Assembly: GCA_964478165.1 (NCBI GenBank)
Contig: CAYZGU010000039.1
Coordinates: 7,963 to 71,962, forward strand
Reading direction: 5' to 3'
DNA from: an uncultured bacterium
GTDB lineage: Bacteria > Poribacteria > WGA-4E > JAJDTR01
Length of the DNA: 64,000 nt
In this document: piece after piece, positions 10,443-20,303 of the stretch
How positions within the stretch are numbered: position 1 is the stretch's first letter
Layout: the number at the start of each line of letters is the position of its first letter
Position numbers and translations under genes: made by a program
Notes under the pieces: model-generated
The model's database searches: none
Seen by the model: the letters and a program-made list of their open reading frames with translations, nothing else
Told to the model about the DNA's origin: nothing

Positions 10443-11501
10443 TCAATCGTTGATTTTCACGTGATATCGCTCGGCCACGTCCTCAATCTGGTTCCATGTG
10501 GTCCCCTCAACAAAGATTCCTTCTCGATTTCCTTTCCGTCTTTTCCGCGAACCCCGTTCACCTGGTACAAGAATTTCCTCGACGTTCGGCGATTGCTTTG
10601 CGGACTTAACGTACTCGATAAATCGGTCGACTTCTTGATAAAATGCTCCTGGGTCTATGAAACTAGCGATGTTGATAGCTGAGACAAACATGCCGTTACC
10701 AGGCCTGGACTCACCTGCATGAGTGCACCCTGCGCCGCTCAACGCCCCCGAGAGGATGTCGACTAGAAGACCAAGGCCGAATCCTTTTTGGGCAGCGATG
10801 CCGCCAAAGGGCAAGAGTGCCCCGGGAGGATTAGCGTAAAAAGCTTCTACGTTTGTCGTTGGTGCTCCTTCCGCATCAATAATCCAGCCTGCAGGAACTG
10901 GCTGGTTGCGGCGCTGTTTTAGACGTACTTTTCCCGATGCAACGACACTGGTAGACATGTCTAGAAGAATCGGTTCCTGACCTCCAACTGGAATTGCGCA
11001 GGCGAGTGGATTCGTTGAGAGTCTTGGCTCAATTCCGCCAAATGGTGCAACGCAAGCACCACCGCCGTGATCGTTGACCGTTAGAAGACAGATCATGTCG
11101 GATTCCGCTCCAGCGAGGACGTATCCCCCTAGACGTCCCACTTCGTTCGACCGGGATACGACGACAGAACTTACATCAGTAGTTTCTGCCTTTTGAACCG
11201 CCAGTTTTACGGCGCGGGTTGCGATAACCGGACCAAAGCCCCAGTTTCCGTCCAATACTGCCATGGATGGGGATTCGTGTTTGACTGTGGTTTTCGCTTC
11301 TAAGTTAATTAAGCCCGATTCGATTTCGGGGACATATTTTAGTGGCAGTTGGATAACGCCATGTGAATCATGTCCCACTAGGTTAGCGTCGATCATGGAT
11401 TGTGTTACAATTTCTGCACTAGTTTGCGAAACTCTGAGGGCGTGGAATATCTTCATACAAGTGTCTGCCAATTTGGTTGGCTTAAAAATGGGCATAATCA
11501 C
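10443..11501 (-). CDS. Ldh_2 family (malate/L-lactate/sulfolactate dehydrogenase type 2) oxidoreductase
   Basis: 352 aa. HDSHG signature, glycine-rich core, and a size typical of the family. Confidence 0.75.
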   Translation of the reverse strand: MIMPIFKPTKLADTCMKIFHALRVSQTSAEIVTQSMIDANLVGHDSHGVIQLPLKYVPEIESGLINLEAKTTVKHESPSMAVLDGNWGFGPVIATRAVKLAVQKAETTDVSSVVVSRSNEVGRLGGYVLAGAESDMICLLTVNDHGGGACVAPFGGIEPRLSTNPLACAIPVGGQEPILLDMSTSVVASGKVRLKQRRNQPVPAGWIIDAEGAPTTNVEAFYANPPGALLPFGGIAAQKGFGLGLLVDILSGALSGAGCTHAGESRPGNGMFVSAINIASFIDPGAFYQEVDRFIEYVKSAKQSPNVEEILVPGERGSRKRRKGNREGIFVEGTTWNQIEDVAERYHVKIND

Positions 11502-12851
11502 ACTCCTGAATTGTAGTCTTCAACTGTTGAGCTTGCTTTGTGTCAATCATGGTTTAACCAGAGTGAGAATCGGTTATTCGAGTATCAACCAAGATTGTCT
11601 AATCATGTTTGGACCAGAGAACCATGCTTGGAACAAGACGTTGCTCTTCGTTAGGCTGGCTTAACTTGTTCTTGTGTGCCGGTGGACTGTGTCGATGAAA
11701 ATTGTGAGTTCGCTAGTTTGAATGTGTCTTGTCTGGGCACGACATTAATTCTGTTTGGAAACAGCATCTAATTTCTTTCAATGTTTTTCCAGTCACGATC
11801 TGCTGGGAAGGAGATGTGTAGTCGGGTCAGTCTATATGGGTTTCGACTCAAGTTGGATTCGGTCCACTAGGCACCTCGGGTTTCATGGTGATGGTCCGTT
11901 TGTGGCTTCCGAAGACTGAGAGGTCAAAACCAATGCGACTGGGTGAGAGAGGCGGTTACACGAATTCAATTGCGAAATTCTCGTAAGCCCCTCTTGCTGA
12001 TTAACCGCAAATTGCGCTCGCGGATGGGGTTGGATGATGAACGGCTTCTGTCTGGACATGATTCGAAAGCAGTCATAGGATCTAGTGTAACGGGCTTGAA
12101 ATGAGAATGCCTGTTTGTTAGATTAGTTCATCATAACAATGTCTTCCAATAATTAGAAACTAAGGTGGTATCTGCCACACGCTGAAACTAAAATTGGTTC
12201 GGCAGATCTTTTCCTTCCGTTGGCGGATAGGGAAGGAAAAGCTATAGAGGTTACCGCCGGTACACACTTATATATTATGGGAAATCCGTGTGTTTATGCA
12301 AGGTTGGTTTGCAATGTTGAGAGAGAAGGCGTTGTCTTTTGCAGGGATTTGGCTGGCAAATCAAAGATGCCTCATGAGTGATGGTGATGCACGGCTGGTT
12401 GTACTGAAATGCTCAGCTCGGACGATTGTTGTGTTGTGAACCGTCCAGCGTAAATTCAAACCAGAAAGGCACGATCCGAATCCAATCTATTGCTTAACTA
12501 GGGCGCGAAGTCAATTGCCGCATGTGGTTTTAGGTTCGTACGTTGTTCTGGGAATCCAGACGTTGAGATGTGCTATGAATAGGTTAACGAATTGACATTA
12601 AAAACGATTTGACAATATCTTGTGCAATGCGGTACACTATGCGTGTTTTGTTAATGGTAAGCAAAGGCACGTTCGTTCTAGTGATGCGATTGAGTCTCAT
12701 TACCTGTTGCCAAGGCTTGTGGCCTATAACTAGTGTGTGTGAAGGTCTAATGCTACTTCGAGTGATTTCGTTTTGTATGCATAAGATGATACTGAGTCGC
12801 AGTCTCACTGGATGTAGAATCGTTTTCTTCTCTATACCTCATACCTCTACA

Positions 12852-12889
12852 AGGGTTAATTGAGATAGAAAGGGTTAATTGAGATAGAA
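12852..12889. repeat. Perfect 19-bp tandem direct repeat (agggttaattgagatagaa x2), 37-74 nt upstream of the TonB-receptor start
   Basis: Read directly from the sequence: two identical adjacent copies, with no spacer. Confidence 0.9.
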
Positions 12890-12925
12890 ACATTATAAAG
12901 ATAGGAAGGGGTAGATTATTTAATC

Positions 12926-15193
12926 ATGAACAGTATCAGAATATTGACTTCGCTTATCGGTATTGTGAATCTCTTGGTTAGAGTTTGTGTGGCGGAAGAT
13001 GGGCTTCCTCAAACAGTGGAAAATCAGGATGCCTGTTCGACTAAGACCGAAATCGTTGCGTTGCAGGAAATAACAGTTATCGGTTCCAAAGACGCTGAAC
13101 GGGACCTCGCTGGTTCCGGAGCTTATCTTGATCGTCGTGATATTAGCACTCACAGCTACAGTGATATAAGCCGTGTTCTGCGCAAAGTCCCTGGTGTTTA
13201 CCTGCGTGAGGAAGATGGCTACGGGCTTTTTCCCAACATTAGTTTGCGTGGCGTAGATCCGGGGCGTAGTGGGAAAGTCACTTTGATGGAAGATGGCATC
13301 CTATCAGCGCCCGCGCCTTATTCTGCTCCATCCGCATACTACTCACCAACAACTGGACGTATGACTGGCATTGAGGTTCTTAAAGGTTCGAGCCAGATTA
13401 AATACGGTCCCCACACTACCGGTGGAGTTATCAACTACCTGTCTACGCCGATTCCAACAACCCGACGCATCTATGAAAAATGGTCCTTAGGCACTGATAA
13501 TGAGGTTCGAAATCATTCGATTTATGGTGATACAATTGATGTGTCATTTGGGCAGCTCGGATTCGTGCTCGAGAACTATTACCGTGAACTCGACGGATTT
13601 AAAGAAATCGATTTACAAGATGACAGCCAAAATACCAATGATACGGGTTTTCGCAAGCATGATTCCATGGTGAAATTTGCCTTTGAACCCAGTACGAATC
13701 TCGCCCAACGGGTTGAGTTTAAGGTTGGTTATCTGGATAAGAAAGCGAACGAAACGTACCTCGGACTTACCGATGAGGACTTCGAACTAAATCCTTATCG
13801 TCGATATTCAGCCTCTCGATTTGACAACATGAAGGCTAACCATTTGCGGACTTATCTACGCTACACAGTTGCACCGGCGTCGAATTTGAATGTTTCCATT
13901 GCTGGTTATTACAATGAGTTCCATCGGAATTGGTTCAAATTGCGTGGCAGCGGCGAAGATCTGCTTAACCCAGAAAAGCTTGAAGTCTGGAAAGGCGATT
14001 CTGCGGGTACCCTCAAGTACCGGAATAACAACCGGGATTATCTTCTTTGTGGTCTCCAGTCGAATGCCAGCTTCAGGGTTGCTACGGGCGGAGTTGAGCA
14101 TGAATTTGATTTGGGTATCCGTTACCATTTCGACGAAGTACGACGCTTCCAGAGCAACGTTGATTTTGAACAAGACGAGAATGGGAATGTTATTGGGCGA
14201 ATGGATAAGGGGCCAGGATCCGGTGGAAATCGACTGCAAGAAACCACTGCACGTGCCGTGTTCTTGCAAGACCGAATTGAATTTGGTAGCCTGAAGATGA
14301 CCCCGGGAATCCGATTTGAACATGTTAAATACAGTTTTACGGATTTCGACACGACCGGTGAACCAGACAAGATTACTCGTGAGGGTGAATCCACGATGAG
14401 TCTGCTCGCTCCAGGGCTTGGACTGAACTTCGCTATGAATAATCGGCTGTCTGCGTTTGCGAGTGCGCACCGTGGGTTCTCTGTACCCGGACCACGAGCC
14501 AATGCCAAGAGTAATCTTGTTGAAGAGACCAGTAATGGGTTCGAGGCTGGTTTTAGGTTCAATGATAATGGTTTGCGGGCTGAAATGATTGGTTTTTACA
14601 CCGATTTTGATGACCTTCTGGTTTCCGATAATGTTGGAGGTGGTGGAATTGAGGGAAAGACCGAGAATGCAGGCGATATTGTCAGTTCTGGTATCGAAAT
14701 TGGCGCTACTTACGATCCCGGATTCGTGCATAACTTGGGTTTCAGTATTCCTTCACATATGGCTTTTACTTTTACCAATGCGACTCTGGATGGCGTCGCC
14801 AATTCCCTAGATGATGAATCGATTTTTGCGGGTGGGGAAGACGGACATCGAGTGCCCTATGTCCCTGAGATTCAGCTAACTGCAGGTACGGGGATCGAAT
14901 TCTCGAAGTGGGCTGTTTTTGTGACCGGCACCTTCGTTAGTGAAACCTTCACCTCAGCCAGTGAAAGTTCAATTTCGATTTCCCCTGATGGGACACCTAA
15001 TGCTAACTACGGTATGATTGATTCGTACTATGTTCTTGACGTTTCCGGAAAGTACAATATCGGTGAAAGACACAGCGCCTTCATCAACATCCATAACCTT
15101 ATGAATAGAGAGTACATGGTCTCGCGTCACCCAATTGGTCCGCGCTCTGGCAAGCCCTTTAGTGTGATGCTTGGGATGGAAGAGCGGTTCTAA
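12926..15193 (+). CDS. TonB-dependent outer-membrane receptor
   Basis: 755 aa. Signal peptide, plug-domain motifs (ISLRGVDP...VLKG), a long beta-barrel and a C-terminal aromatic residue (EERF). Confidence 0.85.
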   Translation: MNSIRILTSLIGIVNLLVRVCVAEDGLPQTVENQDACSTKTEIVALQEITVIGSKDAERDLAGSGAYLDRRDISTHSYSDISRVLRKVPGVYLREEDGYGLFPNISLRGVDPGRSGKVTLMEDGILSAPAPYSAPSAYYSPTTGRMTGIEVLKGSSQIKYGPHTTGGVINYLSTPIPTTRRIYEKWSLGTDNEVRNHSIYGDTIDVSFGQLGFVLENYYRELDGFKEIDLQDDSQNTNDTGFRKHDSMVKFAFEPSTNLAQRVEFKVGYLDKKANETYLGLTDEDFELNPYRRYSASRFDNMKANHLRTYLRYTVAPASNLNVSIAGYYNEFHRNWFKLRGSGEDLLNPEKLEVWKGDSAGTLKYRNNNRDYLLCGLQSNASFRVATGGVEHEFDLGIRYHFDEVRRFQSNVDFEQDENGNVIGRMDKGPGSGGNRLQETTARAVFLQDRIEFGSLKMTPGIRFEHVKYSFTDFDTTGEPDKITREGESTMSLLAPGLGLNFAMNNRLSAFASAHRGFSVPGPRANAKSNLVEETSNGFEAGFRFNDNGLRAEMIGFYTDFDDLLVSDNVGGGGIEGKTENAGDIVSSGIEIGATYDPGFVHNLGFSIPSHMAFTFTNATLDGVANSLDDESIFAGGEDGHRVPYVPEIQLTAGTGIEFSKWAVFVTGTFVSETFTSASESSISISPDGTPNANYGMIDSYYVLDVSGKYNIGERHSAFINIHNLMNREYMVSRHPIGPRSGKPFSVMLGMEERF

Positions 15194-15606
15194 GAGTTGC
15201 AGTTTGGGATTTGTCATGCGCCGGATATTAGCAGAGAAGGCCTTATTCGCTATGCGATGCAGTGAGGCTGATGCAAGTTTGGTTTTGCTGGTTGTGCCCC
15301 ATTTTCGGGGGTGTCGATGGCAATTCTGTATTGCTCGTGAATGGCGGACTTCTGGCGAAAGAATCGGCTAGAATTACGCGACGGGTGGCGCGTGTTGCGT
15401 TCTATTTCGAGATTGGTTCGACTGTGTTGCGCGAGCGGTCTATCTATCAGAATTGTCTTTAGGCGAGGGAGACGGAAGTTGGTCACGCAAATACGACTAA
15501 TCTAGATCGACTGAGATGCGTAACAATAGCATGGGGCCGTGGGGCGGCATGCGCAATCAGTATGCACAGCTAAAATGGTTGCGCAGCCGTACTGCCATAC
15601 TAATTT

Positions 15607-15648
15607 CCGTTGAACGGGGGCCATTGTGACTTGGCCCCGTTCAACGGG
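15607..15648. terminator. 16-17 bp stem hairpin between the convergent TonB-receptor and bfr genes (possible bidirectional terminator or protein site)
   Basis: CCGTTGAACGGGGGCCA / TGGCCCCGTTCAACGG with an 8-nt loop. No U-tract on either side. Confidence 0.35.
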
Positions 15649-15738
15649 CTTTGCTGAAAGGCCGTTACAGTAACGCGTTACAAAACCCGTTGTTGTGATG
15701 CCTGTAGGCGGTTGTGTCGTTTGTGAAGACTGATGAAA

Positions 15739-16218
15739 TTAGGGATTATGGGAGTCAATTTGTTGCGCGAGGTAATTCTCGATGCCCATCTGGTTAATCT
15801 GATCTAATTGTGCTTCGAGCCAATCGACATGGTCTTCTTCGTCTCGAAGAACCTCCTCGAGAAGTTCTTCGGAGCCGAAATCTTTGTGCGCGTGTGCCCG
15901 TTGAATTAACTCGTTGAGGCGGTTGACAGCCTCTTTTTCAAGGGCATAGTCATTTTCCAACATGTGCATCACGCTTGTTCCAATCTTAATTTCAAGGTAC
16001 CGTGACATATTGGGAATACCGTTGAGATATAGTACTCGGGCAATTAATTTTTCTGCGTGTTTCATTTCGCCTATGGAGTGCTCTCGGATTTTGGTATGGA
16101 GGCGTTCATAGCCCCAGTTTTCGCAAATCTCTGAATGCGCGAAATATTGGTTGATTGCAGTAAGTTCCGATGTCAGGATTTCATTAAGTGCTTCAATCAT
16201 CTCGGGATTACCGTCCAT
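15739..16218 (-). CDS. bfr: Bacterioferritin
   Basis: 159 aa. Ferritin-like di-iron motifs (E..H twice), a Met at the heme-ligating position, and similarity to E. coli Bfr across the length. Confidence 0.85.
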   Translation of the reverse strand: MDGNPEMIEALNEILTSELTAINQYFAHSEICENWGYERLHTKIREHSIGEMKHAEKLIARVLYLNGIPNMSRYLEIKIGTSVMHMLENDYALEKEAVNRLNELIQRAHAHKDFGSEELLEEVLRDEEDHVDWLEAQLDQINQMGIENYLAQQIDSHNP

Positions 16219-17283
16219 TCTGCTCTCCTCAAGGAATTGGGTATGAGTGTGATTTCTAAGAATATTTGCAAAGCCACAAACTTTAATCTATCATAGTTTA
16301 GTATGACTGCCGATGTCAAACAAAATCAGAGTTTGATGATTCACTCGAAAGTTGAGGAGACTGGATGGTACAATGGCATTGATTCTCATAGTTATGAGAG
16401 AGATGGACGATTGCTGATGAATGCGTATCTATTGTATGTAGCGCAAATGTGTAGCGAAAAATAGCTCAAACTTCCGGTTGTCAGAATCTACGGCACCAAT
16501 TAAAATAATAGCATCTGTTTGTTTCCAATCTCGTGGTTAGTGGCTACGAGTAAGATTGAAACACGGCAGACTTCAATGGATTTGTAGCGCTTGCGGATTA
16601 TTGTAACTGGGAGATGCTTTCTTTGAATGACATGCTTGACTATCATTAGTTATTCGTTTGTAGAATGTGTTCATCGTAGAAAAGAATTAGGTTTAATGCG
16701 ATTCACTGATGTTTGTTTCTTTTTTACTGTGCCCTTTTGCTGGAAGGTGGGGGTGGTTCAGAGCTCAGGGGAGAAAACAATTCTGTTTGTTGGCGTTAAG
16801 CTGTCAGACCTGGAGGTTCAGAATGTTCCTGACGTCGTGTTTGGGTAGAATGTCTTAGAAAAGATATAATGGATTTAGAAGTTTAAAAACGTTACAACAC
16901 AGAAAATTACCCTCAGTTTCCAAAGGCAGTCAAAACCATCGAGATGAGGCCTGGGGAATGCGTCGGCGTGAAATTGGAGTGAAGGTTCGTTGGGATTCAC
17001 AATGTCGCTGGATAGTATTATGCGACTGACAATCTATATTCTCATGTCGGTTGTATTTTAGATGTGGGTGGACGGTAGGATGGAGTTGTTAGTCGTCCCA
17101 TTTAATCAGTGGAAATTCGATGTCAGGATAGGCCGATGTATTGGAATGGGAAGAGTATGTTGGAGATCTATCCCCTGAAGGTCAGTGGGGGAAGGTATTC
17201 TGATTGATGTGAGCGCGTTAATCCTCCCATCTAAAGGGGATCGTCGGCACATTAGTCCAGGAAAAAACATTCGGGAGGTCAAA

Positions 17284-17643
17284 AGCATGATAACTGTAGC
17301 GAATCGAATCTTTGTTAGGTCCGAATATGCGGAAGCCTTTGAGAACAAGTTCCGCCAGCGGGCACGGCTTGTCGATGGAATGCCGGGTTTTGTCTCAAAC
17401 CAGGTGTTGCGTCCAGTAAATGAAGAAGATCCTTATGTGGTGTTTACACTCTGGGCATCGCGAAAAGACTTTGACAATTGGGTGGGCTCCGACGAATTTC
17501 GAAAAGGACATGCGCAATCGGGAAGCCTTCCGGAGGAAGCCTATGCGAAATCGAATGAACTCGAGCTTCATGAGGTGTTCCTGGATTCAAGTCGTCCAGA
17601 TCTCGATGAAGAAGCGCATGGTGGTCGATTTTGCGTTCATTGA
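17284..17643 (+). CDS. ABM-domain (antibiotic-biosynthesis-monooxygenase-like) protein; heme-degrading IsdG/HmoB-type role possible
   Basis: About 119 aa from the internal Met (MITVANRIFV...). Ferredoxin-like ABM fold signature (VVFTLWASRKDFDNW). Lies in the iron-uptake neighbourhood. Confidence 0.55.
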   Translation, partial: SMITVANRIFVRSEYAEAFENKFRQRARLVDGMPGFVSNQVLRPVNEEDPYVVFTLWASRKDFDNWVGSDEFRKGHAQSGSLPEEAYAKSNELELHEVFLDSSRPDLDEEAHGGRFCVH

Positions 17644-17727
17644 GAACTAAAGTCGCGCTAATGTATATTCGGTGCTTCCTGCACTTGACTTAGTATGCTG
17701 AATTCTAATGCATGATCGGAGGCTAAA

Positions 17728-18723
17728 ATGAAATACTTCGTATTTATGTCCATGTTGATTGCAGGAATCCTGAACTCTAACGTTGCAGATGCCAGCGAGA
17801 TTACGGTGTATTCAGGCAGGAGTAGAACTCTCGTTGAACCGATTATCGCGCAGTTCGAAAGGGAGACGCATATTAAGGTTAATGTCCGCTATGGCGGTAC
17901 GGCACAACTTGCACTCGCTTTGTTGGAGGAAGGTTCAAGGAGTCCCGCGGATCTCTTCTGGGCTCAGGACGCGTCAGCACTCGGCGCAGTGAGCAAGCGG
18001 GGCTTGTTTGAACAGCTGCCGTTCTCGATTGCATGCAAAGTTCCCGAGAAATTCCGAAATTCGTCGGGAAACTGGGTCGCTACGAATGGACGAGCTAGGG
18101 TCATCGCATATTCGCCCGAGCGGGTTGCAGCTGACATTTTGCCGTTTAGCATTTTGGATTTGACCGATTCGAAGTGGAGAGCACGAGTTGGCTGGGCTCC
18201 CCAGAATGCTTCATTTCAGGCATTTGTCACAGCTATGCGCGTTCTCGTTGGCGAGGTAAAGACCGAATTGTGGTTGCAGGGGATGAAAGCAAACAAAACG
18301 AAGAGCTATTCCAAGAACACTCCAATCATTAAGGCCCTTGCCGCCGGCGAGATCGATCTAGGCTTGTCCAATCACTACTACCTATTGCGGTTCAAGAAAG
18401 CCGATCCCGAGTTTCCGGTCGAACAGACATTCTTTGAGCCGGGCGATGCCGGCAACTTGGTAAACGTTGCTGGGATTGGACACCTTAAAACCAGTCAAAA
18501 TCCCGAACAATCCCTTGCTTTTATTCAATATTTGTTGTCTTTCACGGCCCAACAGTTCTTTGTGAATGAGGTATTCGAATACCCTATTTCCAACGAAGTT
18601 GTTCCAAATCTGAAGCTATTGCCGCTCAGCGAACTCCTAAGGTGTTCGCCAAACCTCAACCTGGACGACCTAGATGATTTGAATGGTACGCTGAAACTGT
18701 TAAGGCGGGTGGGCATCTTGTGA
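17728..18723 (+). CDS. Fe3+ ABC transporter periplasmic substrate-binding protein (FbpA/AfuA family)
   Basis: 331 aa. Signal peptide, the ITVYSG...YGG...WAQDAS pattern, Tyr-rich C-terminus, and followed by permease and ATPase genes. Confidence 0.8.
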   Translation: MKYFVFMSMLIAGILNSNVADASEITVYSGRSRTLVEPIIAQFERETHIKVNVRYGGTAQLALALLEEGSRSPADLFWAQDASALGAVSKRGLFEQLPFSIACKVPEKFRNSSGNWVATNGRARVIAYSPERVAADILPFSILDLTDSKWRARVGWAPQNASFQAFVTAMRVLVGEVKTELWLQGMKANKTKSYSKNTPIIKALAAGEIDLGLSNHYYLLRFKKADPEFPVEQTFFEPGDAGNLVNVAGIGHLKTSQNPEQSLAFIQYLLSFTAQQFFVNEVFEYPISNEVVPNLKLLPLSELLRCSPNLNLDDLDDLNGTLKLLRRVGIL

Positions 18724-20303
18724 GTTATTACAGGTTTCGCTGGCTTTCAAACTGGTATCTTCTCTTTCCGGGGATTGTCGTCAGCTCGGGTGTTCTTGTA
18801 CCCTTTGCGTACCTGACTGTAAGGGCTTTCGAGGCAGAGACTACGGAGTTGATCGAGATAGTCTTCCGTTCAAGGAACCTGCACCTTTTTGCCAATTCGC
18901 TCCTATTGGTCGGTAGTGTTATTATCGCGGATGTCATCTTGGCCGCCCCACTTGCGTGGCTTACTTGTCGCACGGATGTTAAGGCGAGACGAATTTTCAC
19001 TTTGATGGGCGTCCTCCCTCTGGCGATTCCTGGATATGTTATGGCTTTTGCCTTTATAGGTTTGGGTGGTGCCGATGGTCCACTCACTCAACTATTTGGA
19101 AGAAACATCCCGCGCCTTAGTGGGTACTGGGGATCACTCCTCGTTCTAAGCTTTTACACCGCGCCGTACCTCTTCCTAAATCTACGTTCGGCGCTTCTTG
19201 GCATAGATCCTGCTCTTGAGGAATCCGCTTCCGCTCTCGGCTACAGCCCCTTGGAGGTTATCCGTTACGTTATTCTTCCACAGTTGCGTCCTGCGTTTTA
19301 TGCCGGCGCTCTGATCGCTGGATTACATGTTTTGGGTGATTTTGGTGTCGTGTCGCTGATGCGATTTGAGACATTTAGTTACGCTCTTTATTTGCAATAT
19401 ACATCGGCCTTCGATCGTATCTACGCAGCATGGTTTGCCTTGATGTTGGTTGCGCTCGCAGTAGCACTCCTTTACACTGAAGGACGATTACTGAAAGGAC
19501 TAAACCTTCATCGGGTGGGAAGTGGTACCCTCTATAGCCCGCAGTCTGCTCCCCTCAATGGTTGGGCGAAGTGTTCGTATCTCTATCTCGTTGTTTTAAC
19601 AGGAGCAAGTGTCGTTCTACCTACTGGAACAGTGTTGTTTTGGATGGTGAAGTCGTTCGATGTGGCCTGTTTACAGAATCTGATTCAAGCACTTAGTGGT
19701 TCGTTTTTCGCGTCCGCTCCTGCTGCGATTTTGTGCACGTCCCTCGCATTGCCCCTGGCTTACGTCGGAGTTCATCGTCCTTCGCCTGTATCACGTTTGC
19801 TCGAACGTGTGGCATATATGGGTTATGCGACACCGCCACTAGCATTTGCACTCTCCCTCATCTTCGTGGTGCTGTGGGCGTTACCCGGAATCTATCAAAC
19901 GCTGTGGGTCTTAATATATGCTTACATTCTTCATTTCCTCGCTGAGGCTATTGGTCCGACTCGTAGCGCCATCTACCAGGCCTCACCAAGCATTGCGGAG
20001 GCCGCTAGGTCTTTGGGTTGTACCCGACCTGGAGCTTTCTTTAAAGCAACATTTCCGTTGCTGGTTCGTGGACTTTCCATCAGTACTGCTTTTGTGTTTC
20101 TTTCGGCGATGAAAGAACTTCCAATCGCTTTTCTACTTTCCCCTATAGGATTTGACACATTGGCATTAAGCGTCTGGAGCAACACGTCGGAAGCGATGTT
20201 TGCCGAAGCCGCACCATACGCTCTTTTAATTCTGATTTTCTCCGGATTGTTTGTAGGACTGCTGCTCTTTTTGGGAAGGAGAACGTATGACGCCCCTACT
20301 TAG
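18720..20303 (+). CDS. Iron(III) ABC transporter permease (FbpB-type, duplicated transmembrane domain)
   Basis: 527 aa, about 12 TM helices, two EAA-like loops. GTG start overlapping the stop of the binding-protein gene. Confidence 0.85.
   Translation: MSYYRFRWLSNWYLLFPGIVVSSGVLVPFAYLTVRAFEAETTELIEIVFRSRNLHLFANSLLLVGSVIIADVILAAPLAWLTCRTDVKARRIFTLMGVLPLAIPGYVMAFAFIGLGGADGPLTQLFGRNIPRLSGYWGSLLVLSFYTAPYLFLNLRSALLGIDPALEESASALGYSPLEVIRYVILPQLRPAFYAGALIAGLHVLGDFGVVSLMRFETFSYALYLQYTSAFDRIYAAWFALMLVALAVALLYTEGRLLKGLNLHRVGSGTLYSPQSAPLNGWAKCSYLYLVVLTGASVVLPTGTVLFWMVKSFDVACLQNLIQALSGSFFASAPAAILCTSLALPLAYVGVHRPSPVSRLLERVAYMGYATPPLAFALSLIFVVLWALPGIYQTLWVLIYAYILHFLAEAIGPTRSAIYQASPSIAEAARSLGCTRPGAFFKATFPLLVRGLSISTAFVFLSAMKELPIAFLLSPIGFDTLALSVWSNTSEAMFAEAAPYALLILIFSGLFVGLLLFLGRRTYDAPT

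Noticed and set aside
12140-12260. Possible cobalamin riboswitch (B12-box-like ggtatctgcc) far upstream of the TonB receptor
   Set aside because: Only a partial match to the B12 box. The other conserved segments are not recognisable, and it lies about 700 nt from the ATG. Needs a covariance-model scan before it can be called.
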